The notes under the pieces: model-generated
Databases searched by the model: none
What the model was told of the DNA's origin: nothing
The model's input: the letters and a program-made list of their open reading frames with translations, nothing else
Made by a program: the position numbers and the translations under genes
Source: Catajapyx aquilonaris
Taxonomy: Eukaryota
Assembly (NCBI GenBank): GCA_000934665.2
Contig: KZ537993.1
Coordinates: forward strand, 186,001-213,207
Direction: 5' to 3'
DNA: 27,207 bases
Shown: piece after piece, positions 1 to 27,207 of the stretch
Position numbering within the stretch: the first letter of the stretch is position 1
Layout: every line of letters starts with the position of its first letter

Positions 1-60
1 GGGTGGGGTGGGGGTGAAAATAGTGAAAAAAATGTCTACATAATTTATGAACAGTCTCTA
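1..60. mobile_element. Possible right end of a MITE cut by the window edge
   Basis: A G-rich tract followed by AAAAATGTCTACATAATTTATGAACAGTCTCTA resembles the terminus of common insect ...ACGTAATTTATGAACAGCCCCT MITEs. The partner end is not in the window. Confidence 0.35.
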
Positions 61-414
61 AATACTACATCACTAAAAAGATTCAAACAATAATTTTGCA
101 TCGAAGTGAAATTCAATATTTTCTCTCTCGATTTCTGATCAAATGCAGCATCCATCCTACCCTTTCTTCCAGTGACGCATGTCACAAACATTCCAAATAA
201 TTATGACCTGTTACTGGTGAGCAAAAAGAGTGAAAAATATGCTGCAGCACAACATACAATTTTTGGTTCATATTCAGATGCTCAAATTAGGAGGGAATGG
301 CTTAAGTCTGGCACATTTTAATCAGAATGACTGGGTCTAAGAAAAATAGAATTTCAAAATAATGTGACACTATTGTGAACTAATATAATTATGATGACCA
401 GGAAGGCTTATTAA

Positions 415-885
415 CCCTTAATTACGTAGGGGGAGCCTGAGAGGCTCCAAGCACTATTTAAACGCATGTAACTTTTTCATTGAATTTTATTTTCCCCTGT
501 CCTTCCGTGACTTTGTCAGAAAAACCTTCCTAAGCATGAAAAGGAAAGAATTTTTTTTAAAGTCCCTATTCTTTGGTTTAAAAAAATTCGTAACGAGGAA
601 CAGGTCCCTCCTGTAACCGCTCAGGCTCTATATCTCGTAGGTGAAGCCTGAGCGGCTCAAGCATGATGTAACCTTTTAATTAAAATTTTTTCCTTGTCGG
701 AATGTGCTGACTCAGCGTGTGATTTTTATGTTTTCGGAAGCCTAATGATCTGAACTGCACTTTCTGTATTTGAAAAGTCCAATATAACAATTTAGTTGAT
801 AAGCAGAAATTTAAATATACTGTTGGAGCCTCTCAGGCTCCACCTACGTAGTTAAAGGTGTTTCGCCCACCTACGTAGTTAAGGG
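415..885. mobile_element. piggyBac-type MITE (471 bp)
   Basis: TTAA at 411-414 and 886-889. TIRs CCCTTAATTACGTAGG / CCTACGTAGTTAAGGG (15/16 match). Subterminal GAGCCTGAGAGGCTC-type motifs. No ORF. Confidence 0.85.
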
Positions 886-936
886 TTAAGTGTCAGCAAG
901 TGCTAGCTCTTGGTTCAGCTAGTACGCTGAATAGTA

Positions 937-1095
937 CAGTTCTGGTCATACATCGAGGCAACTGCCAGCGACATTTTCTGAAGCAGCAGAAGAAGGAATC
1001 GAAGATAAGCATTTCAAGCATGGGCGAGGAAGATTCCTTCTTCTGCCGCTTCGGAAAATGTCGCTGGCAGTTGCCTCGATATATGACCAGAACTG
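937..1095. mobile_element. Tc1/mariner-pogo-type foldback MITE (159 bp)
   Basis: TA|CAGT...ACTG|TA. 64-bp arms at 937-1000 and 1032-1095 with 3 mismatches and a 31-bp spacer. Confidence 0.82.
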
Positions 1096-1477
1096 TACAG
1101 TAGCTTTGTACGCAGCAGTTGTCATATATACTCCTAGTATTGCGACACAAAACTGTTATTTTGTAGAGCTTTAAAACTATGCATTTTAGAATGTGTTTAA
1201 TTTGCTCATTGGCACTTGCAGTGCTGCCAGGTTGTGCTTGAGACTGGAAGGAACTAACTTCAAAATGTGATTCAGAATATGAATTACCATATGTTATGAA
1301 TGACTTTCTTACACAATGGTTGCAATGGCTAATAAATTATTAGGCCTATTACGATTTTAAAGATCCACTTTGTCACTGCAACTACTCTGCCCTCTGATTC
1401 TTACCCTCCTTTATTAGGATTGTTTCACATAGGAAATTTCATGTGCCACTGTGATGTTTTCCACATGATTTGGCCAA

Positions 1478-2302
<825 letters not shown>

Positions 2303-2519
2303 AGATTCACATGGTAATGACTCCAGAATGTTCAGTCAAAAATATGTTCAGGTGGAAATATCAAATGAATAAATAAATAACTGGACACCATTCTGTGATT
2401 GCATGTGATTTTATGGGCATTAGCTGAAATATGCCCTAATGCAGTGATTTCCTGTTTATCTTAGACCTGATGCAAAACAAATTGTGAGATGAGTTCTCAA
2501 TTTCAACATGTATGCACAC

Positions 2520-2809
2520 CTGAGATGAGTTGCAAAAATAGTCCAACAGCCAGATGGTCAGGATGTACATCTCTCTCACAAATGGAGAGAGCCCTGTGGT
2601 AGGCCAGGTGGGAGTCTTGCTCTGTCCCACCCTCTGCATCCAGGAAGCGGCCCAGGGCAGCATACAGGAGGCTGATCTCCAATGCTCCCCACTGCATCTG
2701 GCACCCACTTAGGTGAGACTCAAAGGATGAGAAGTATAAGGCAGACATCTCTGACCTGCTTCCTCCCACATACATCTGCCACAGGTGGTGAAGTTCGCAG
2801 GCACGACCC
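2520..2809 (-). CDS. NPHP3: NPHP3-like coding exon 3 (start of TPR region)
   Basis: cttgccag|GGGTCGT...TCAG|gtgtgc, RGRACELHHLWQMYVGGSRSEMSALYF...LYAALGRFLDAEG...RALSICERDVHPDHLAVGLFLQLIS. The donor is less certain, and read-through stops at 2503. Confidence 0.8.
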
Positions 2810-5800
2810 CTGGCAAGAAGAAGTCATTGTGTGGAAAGTCAGTGGTAATATTAATTCTACTATTTTCTCGTGTTCTTTGTTCAGCACAAGATATAAAAAG
2901 TAACTTAAGCTATACAGCATTGGCCCCAGCTGATCTAGGTGCTAATTAGTTCCAAGCCTTCCCATGGAAAAACAAAACTATAAATATTTTAAAACATACA
3001 TACCTATGATATGATTAATAAATTCATGAATTATGCCTGTTTTGACATCAACTAAAACAAGTTACGGCACAGTAAAATAGAATAGTTATAACAATACAGT
3101 AGTGTACTATCAAAAAAATATGCAATGGATTTTTCACATATGAAGACCTCAGGCAAAGAATGATCAAGGCTCACTAATTATCAAAAATGAGTTACATATC
3201 CCAGATCTAGAAGATAGTTTCACTAGCGTAAAATATGATGGTTGGGTTGTGGAGTAATAATCACAGGTCACTGTGGCAGGCCCTGAAAGTGGGATTTCCC
3301 ATGGAACCTAGGCCTTTGGAATTTAAAATTGGAATATCCCAGTTTCACCTGAGGTGGACCTTGATCGTTCTTCCCCCGAGGTCTTCATTTAATGTTTTTA
3401 TTCATTGCGGTATTTAGTGAGTGTTTTCTAACCACAGATTAGAACACTGATAACTATAGGAGGCAAAATGAAATGATTGCACACACCTGCTATACAGAAG
3501 TGAAAAGACAACTGGATGAGTCAGAAATGATTCTGATACAGGTCCTCCTTGAAGAACATATGCCATTTCATCGACCACTCGTACACTTGGACCCCTGATC
3601 CTGAACACACCATCAAAGTAAGCCACAATCTTCTCCCTTGCTGAATCTGCCTTTCCACAGAACTTGCGCACTACCTTACGTGCATCTGCAAAGGGAATCC
3701 ACAGAAATCCATCCTCATCGGCTACAATCAGTGTCCTACTTAATGCATCCAATGTTGGATAGAGTTCTTCCCAGGAGTCCAGACTCAAAAGTTGCAGCAA
3801 CTCAGAATGAGTCATACCCTCTTTTGAGGTGCAAATGAGTGACAAAGCATGCTCAGTTATTAGATGCTTGGATTGTATGCGACATAGTACGGCCTCATAC
3901 AAAGTTGGGACATCACTGCATTGCACCAGCTTCGCAAACAGCTCTGGGATACTCTCAGTTGTAGAAAAATACTTGAGTGCTGATACAAATACAGACACAT
4001 ACAAAGGGCAGCAACGAGCACCTGAATGACAGCGCATCAAGAACCTCATATCCAAGGGGCGTTCCAGTTGCAGGCGTCGCCAACGGCTCCTATTGTTTAG
4101 CACCTGCTGCAGTGAGTGATATGCTGGTGGCTCCAACTGGAGGTGGGGGAACTGAATCCAGGTCTCAGGGCATCGGTCTTCATGCAGTGAGACAATCACA
4201 TGCATCTTTGGTGGCAGATCATGCCATAAGAAAGGCAGATGAGCATCAAAGTGTGGAACACGATCAATTGAGTCTATCACAATGACTATCCCACATGGAT
4301 GAGCAGAGGCAAGTTTACGGATTGAAGGGCCAAAGTTTGAAAAGAGTGTGTTGGAATCAATGGTACCTTCCGGCACGTGTTGGAGGCACTGCTCGACTAG
4401 AGATGCAATGACACAGCCTGGATGAGACAGACGTGGTGAAGTGACAAAGTGTGACAGGATCATCTGGCCACTCTCTCGAAGGGAGTCCACCAAGCGCAGC
4501 AGCAGGCAGGTAGCACCCATTCCAGGGCCACCAGACACCACCAACGGTGCTGATTGGCGGCTACCAACATATGTCCCTAACTTGTCAGTGTACTTAGCAA
4601 AAGCAATGCCTTTACCCAACTTCCCATAGAAGCTTTGCAGCATAGCCTGCCTGCTAGAAACATAGGGGCTTGCACCATGCCCATAGCAATATCGCTTGTA
4701 GGACGACAGCTGCATGCCAGAATCCACATTATGATTAATAAGTAGGTGTGACAGTTCATCCTTTAGCACTTCAGCAACCTTGTCTTCATCCGAGTTCAAA
4801 ATTCGGGCACCTTTCAATAAGCCAGCAGCCAAATTTACTCCATCCTGTTGCATATTTTTATCCAGACCATGGTAAGATCCAGGCTGTAGCAGATCTGATA
4901 TCTTGCCTACAACAATGACCGTTGACAGCTTTGATCCTGGTACTTCATCAACTATTTCTGCATCAAAGTCATGGCCCACAATTGCAATTGCAGCAGTTGC
5001 TCTAGCTGCAGCCCTTCTTCGCCACTTTCGCTCATGAAATTCCAGACTGGACACCAGCTCAAATGTGACTTCCTGTGGGTGCACCTTCAATCGTAAATCC
5101 TCCTCGTACTCTTCTCTGAAGATGTCCATATGATGCTCCATGTCTTTCCCCAGTAAAATGTAGATGAGATGCATGCTCTTTGACACCCATTCTGGGGAAC
5201 GCCTGTTCTGAGGTAGAAATGTGTGTGGTGGTACATCCAGTTCAAGAGAATCCAAGTTCTCCAGAGGGGTGTATGGCAACGGGAACGGGACAGGCGAAGA
5301 GCATCCAGATGACCTGCGCTGCTCAACAGCCGGTGTGCTTAGTCTCGATTTGTCATCTCGGGGTGTAGATGATGCTTTGCGAAGAAACGTGAGCTCTGCC
5401 TGTAGATCCCGCACTTCTTGCTCTTTGTTCTCTTGGTACAAATCAAATTGGTTTTGTACCTATAAGAAATAGAAGTGTAAGTAAAGAATTGCTACCGTGA
5501 TACTAGGTCATGGCCATACATTTTGCAAACAAAGGTTTGTTGACACAAATTAAACCATGTCATGCGATGATGTCACTACACCCAACAAGCTTGTCTTATT
5601 ACAAATCTGCATGTACAAAAACACAAGTGAAAACAGTTCTGGCAGTGGTGGCAGACACACAAGAGGTCCTTTAGTTACAGAAACTACCATTCAAAATGAC
5701 TACTTTTTTTTGTATGTAACAAAGATCACCTGTTACTCCAGAAAGAGCAGTTTAAAAAAAAGAATCTGCAATAACACTACATTCTGATTCATCTGGCAAG

Positions 5801-7492
5801 GGGAGCACACAGATTCAGTGCTTCTGATTTGGCAGAAAATAATGTAATAGCTGCATTGTAGGCAAAAACTTCATGAACACTATAGGTGTCCATATGCAGA
5901 TGATTTCAATGAATGAGTGAAAACAAGTGGGAGCCAAAATTCTTGGCATCTGTCAGGTCAACAGCCTGTGGACGGCTCAACTCCTAGGTGAGGTTGGTAG
6001 ACAAATGGACGGTTAAATATCTGTACCCTTAGGTTAGGTCAACATTTCTTTCCTGTCTGGTTTTTTGGTTCTAGTCACCTGAATTTTTCTATTTGTTTTT
6101 GTAAAACACTGAAATGATCACTTTCACTTCACTTCACATGTATTTTTTGTAACAGTTTCTGTACTGCACTAGCAACTTGGCCAGAACATCTTGCCTGGTA
6201 GTTGGACAGGGCTTTCTTTGTTTCTGTTCATAATGTAAAAAAAGCCTACTTATTGACACTTGCTTATGGCTTTCACCAACAAGGTGTACATTACACCTGT
6301 AACATAATTTATAGAAGTCCCTAAATTAATTCCCAAAAACAGGCCATAAAAACTCAAAATTAGAGTACTTCCGACCAACTGTGACGCTGAATTATGAAAT
6401 GCGTGAAAATATGCGGAATAACAACCTTGGGAACCATATGGCATACGAATTTGCTTAAATCGTCGTACTTTGCAAGAGAACTCGACCACAGAGTACCAGC
6501 TGTACTGCCATTGCCTAGATTCTAGGTGGCTGGGCCCGAAGGATTACAATGATGAAATACATTAAAATATCCTGAATTTGTTCCTTGAGAACCCTGAGTT
6601 TGCAAACTTGGAATATGACTGCCAACAATGAACAAGGTGTAGGAGCTTTCTGAGTGGACTTATAAGTGGCACCACATTCGCGGCCATTTATTGGGGCCAG
6701 TTTTAGTCATCATTCATATATAATTGTGGCAAGAGATTCGAATAACTGATTTGTCACAAGTCACCCCCGTCTACAGTATTACATTTTATAATCAGAAAAG
6801 GTAATTCACTTTGGCTGGACCATCTCCGGCTTCATTGTATCGAGACATGACATGAACATTCATGAATTTCATTAAGGGACTTACATTTAGCAGAACTAAA
6901 CTGGCAGAAGCTAATTGGTCCACCAACGGTTTACAAAGTTAGCAAAACGGCTAATCAGCTAACCAAAAAGTTAGTTTTACTAATTTGCAGTTAACAGATT
7001 AGCGGAACCCTGCGCACAACTTATGATTGGGACACTCTTAATAAATGAGTTCAATAACATTACCCTGTGCAACACTCGACCACTGGCAAGAAACCTCTCC
7101 TCGTCCTCCTCAGCGGCTTCGTTCTGCTGCAATGTCTCTTCCTCATCCTTTTGTTCATTCCTGCTGGTGCCCTTCTGTTCCGACTGTGTCTGCTGAAGTT
7201 CCTCCCTGAGCCTCCTGTTTTCTTTCTCCAGCTGGTCAACCCTCCTGCGCAGCCCTGCCAGCTCGGCATTGAGAAAGATCCTGGCCTTCCTGGAATCTCC
7301 TTGGGTCACAGGACGGATTGTCACCTCCCTCTCACCTCCCCCCCGCAGCTGCACCCCAATCTGGACGGCTGCTGGGGCCCTCCCTGAAGAGGAAGAACCG
7401 GCTGAAGTGTCTGGCACCTGCAGAACCAGTGGCCGGCCTGCCGCATGATGTGTGGGTGAGGACACGCTGATCACAGACGTGGCAGTGCCCAT
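2520..7492 (-). CDS. NPHP3: Nephrocystin-3-like gene, 3'-partial model: complement(join(2520..2809,3487..5459,7064..7492)), ~897 codons
   Basis: The start MGTATSVIS resembles vertebrate NPHP3 MGTASSLVS. The coiled coil LRRRVDQLEKENRRLREELQ / VQNQFDLYQENKEQEVRDL, the P-loop region PLVVSGGPGMGAT, IVIVIDSID, LPPKMHVIVS and LYAALGRFL...RALSICERDVHPDH all line up in order with NPHP3 as I recall it. Splice phases are consistent (0, 2). Confidence 0.82.
3487..5459 (-). CDS. NPHP3: NPHP3-like coding exon 2 (1973 nt, NACHT/STAND-like domain)
   Basis: ttcttatag|GTACAAAAC...AGCAG|gtgtgt. Coincides with the 675-aa ORF at 3414..5441. Confidence 0.88.
7064..7492 (-). CDS. NPHP3: NPHP3-like coding exon 1 (myristoylation motif + coiled coil)
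   Basis: ATG at 7492 with an in-frame TGA 6 codons upstream. MGxxxS motif. Donor AGG|gtaatg, phase 0, 143 codons. Confidence 0.82.
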
Positions 7493-7989
7493 AGCCCCTG
7501 GTGTGTTTCAGCCAGGACCTTCACATGGTTGATGCCAGGCTGCACGACCTGTGTTAAGAGCCCATCAGAGATGAGATGCAGGCCTGTTGCGCCATGCTGG
7601 GAATACCCTGACCTGTCACCAGTTGCTGCATTCAGCAGGTGAGGGTGTGATGCTGGCCAGTCATCTCTTCTGCCAACCAAAGACTTGAGGAGGCGGGTGG
7701 GTGTCAAAGCACGAAGCCGCTGTCTTCCCCGATCAGCCTGGGCCTGGCAAAATGGGGTCGGTCTTACTCGCAACTCCTCCTCCTCGGTGATTATTGATGT
7801 TTCCTTCCACGGTCAGCTGCTTGGTGGTTCCTTCTTGGCGGCGTCCTGCCCCGACACCTGCTGGTCTGCACCTCCTTTCACACATGCATGTCACAACCTT
7901 GGGTCACAACCACATCTGCTACGTACGGCCACATCGCCACTACAGATATTAGTATATTGATAAATGACGGATTATGAATGAAAGGTTGT

Positions 7990-8312
7990 AAAATACTGCC
8001 AAACACAATATCTCATACGCGCCTGTTCGTAGTAAGTGTGGGCCACAGGCCGGTAGAGGTAGCGGCGTGATGCGAAGGTGATGCGGCGCGTGCGGCGCAA
8101 AAGAATAGCGGGCTCGAATCCGGCGCCATGACAGTATAAGAGGGTCGTAGTGTGTTGGGAAGCGAGCGCCAATCGCCATTTTCTGGTGAACGGTTGTTGG
8201 GGGGAGTCGAGGCGTGAGAGAGGAGGGCTCCTTTCGGGCTGTCCCGTGCTGTCCCGCGTCTCGTACCCGTTCCGCCCACCCGCCGGCCCCTGAGGCCGGG
8301 CCATCGGTCGAC
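7990..8312. promoter_or_regulatory. CpG-rich putative bidirectional promoter / 5' UTR between NPHP3-like and SPT16
   Basis: Strong local CpG and GC enrichment against CpG-poor gene bodies, lying between two divergent ATGs. YY1/Pho-like CGCCATTTT at 8174-8182. Confidence 0.65.
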
Positions 8313-25859
<17,547 letters not shown>

Positions 25860-26492
25860 AATGGCAGTTCAATTTTTTAAGGATGACCTTTTCTTGTATA
25901 CCGGAGCTGCATTGTCAATATGCGAAGCAGGTGTAGAAAGGGAAACAAAACAAGAAGGAAAACTACAAAAATCCTGGATGGAAGTACCAGTGCTGAGGAC
26001 CAAAATACGTGTTGCTGTGTTGTACAAGAGTTTAATTACCAGTATTTGTGACTTGAGACATCCTTGACACGTGTTGACATAGTTTAAAAACTGTGGATTG
26101 GCACCCAATTTGTCCGTTCAGCCCATTTCCCAATAACCTTACGGCGTAATGTGTTGCGTTGATATTTTTGTCTCCCTGTGTTTTTATGTCGAGTTCTGTC
26201 AGGAATATCACTGCATTGTGCGATTTATTTGCAATGATTTTTCCCTGTTTGTCGTAAGCACCACATATTAGATTGCAGTGGGTGTAACTTGAAGGTTTTT
26301 TTTTTAAATATTATTTTCCTCTCCCTTACTGAATGAAGGCTAATTTGTTTCCCACGTGGGTAAGACATTGTTTCTTCGGATTTACAATGTTTATGTTTTT
26401 AAGTGAAACATGCAGTGCATTTTTTTTTGTTTTAATATGTGGTTTCCAGTGGAAAAGTTTGTAGTTGGCCATTTTAAAATTGTTTCTTGGTG

Positions 26493-26498
26493 AATAAA
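26493..26498 (+). terminator. Candidate polyadenylation signal of SPT16
   Basis: AATAAA about 630 nt after the stop, followed by T/GT-rich sequence. Confidence 0.5.
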
Positions 26499-26723
26499 AA
26501 ATAAGTGGCAACTTCAAAGCAGTGTTTCTTAATTTTTTCAGATTTGGTACTTCCTGTTGTATTAATGTTGATATTTTTCCAGTTAAGTACAAATTAGAAG
26601 TTGCGAGTCAAATACAGCGACCACATTGAAGTGTGTAAAATGGTTTAACATTTATACTTGTGTGTGCTTGGCTGTGACTTCCTAATGATTAATTTTGGAG
26701 CATATCAGAATTACCATGTTGAA

Positions 26724-26980
26724 TATATCGCATCCCGGCAATAACAGGGGCACAAGTCCAAAAAGTCAATTTCACAGGAGAGCACTTTGAAAGTGGTATA
26801 GTGTTATCATAAATCAGGTATTGATGCAGCATTCGAATAATCAGAATTATTAATTATTAATTTCTTTAAATCAGAATATGCATTCTGAATGTGCACATGG
26901 TCATGGACCCTGCTCTAGTAATAAGTCAAAATCGTCATTTTTGGACTTGTGCCCCTGTTTTATTGCCGGGATGCGATATA
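26724..26980. mobile_element. Unclassified MITE (~257 bp) with ~41-bp TIRs
   Basis: TATATCGCATCCCGGCAATAA-CAGGGGCACAAGTCCAAAAA at the left and its reverse complement, with a 2-nt indel, at the right end. TA/TATA flanks. Confidence 0.85.
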
Positions 26981-27207
26981 CTCTTTATGCATGAACTGGA
27001 TTCAAATATTTCGAGTGTTTAGGTACTCGTACATTATGCAGATCTGGACTTACTCCTGGCACCTGCATCTAAACCAGGGATATACAGGACAGTTTGAAAT
27101 AGCATGATAATTAATTACTAATTCATTATTTTTTGGGGGAAAAAGTGCTACCAATTTCATCAAATACCCACATCTCACCTAAGCTTGTGTGACCTAGAAC
27201 CCCCAAA

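Noticed and set aside
893..1150. Two overlapping antiparallel ORFs with near-identical peptides
   Set aside because: They result from the palindromic MITE at 937-1095.
1186..1243. Minus-strand LKHNLAALQ peptide behind a ttccttccag acceptor, resembling a TPR fragment of NPHP3
   Set aside because: It has only ~18 codons before a stop and needs a phase-2 junction, whereas exon 3 ends in phase 1. Probably chance.
6885..7021. TTAGC/GCTAA-rich segment resembling one end of a DNA-transposon-derived repeat
   Set aside because: No partner end or TSD was found, so it is only suggestive.

Overview
This is eukaryotic genomic DNA with spliceosomal introns, most likely from an arthropod such as a non-dipteran insect (inferred from the SPT16 sequence and repeat types). 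It holds two genes head-to-head, with ATGs about 820 bp apart around a CpG-rich segment. On the + strand is a complete 15-coding-exon SPT16 gene (FACT large subunit, SUPT16H/dre4; CDS 8313-25859, 3447 nt, 1148 aa by manual splicing with all GT-AG phases consistent). On the - strand are the first three coding exons of a nephrocystin-3 (NPHP3)-like gene (7492-2520). It has an N-myristoylation start, a coiled coil, a NACHT/STAND-like domain whose Walker A lysine is replaced by alanine, and only the start of the TPR region. Introns and flanks carry many non-autonomous mobile elements: two piggyBac-type TTAA MITEs, Tc1/pogo-type TA MITEs, CACT-terminal foldback elements, a Kolobok-like element, and tRNA-derived SINEs (one with a perfect 15-bp TSD, one inserted into a 34-bp minisatellite). 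An 820-nt poly-T tract and a 70-N gap are probably assembly problems. I found no prokaryotic-type system such as CRISPR or a defence island. The most unusual items are the divergent NPHP3, a tRNA-head plus ~70-nt hairpin plus TTTT unit at ~9053-9191, and the modular 3' end of SPT16. All family assignments come from recognition by eye, with no database search.
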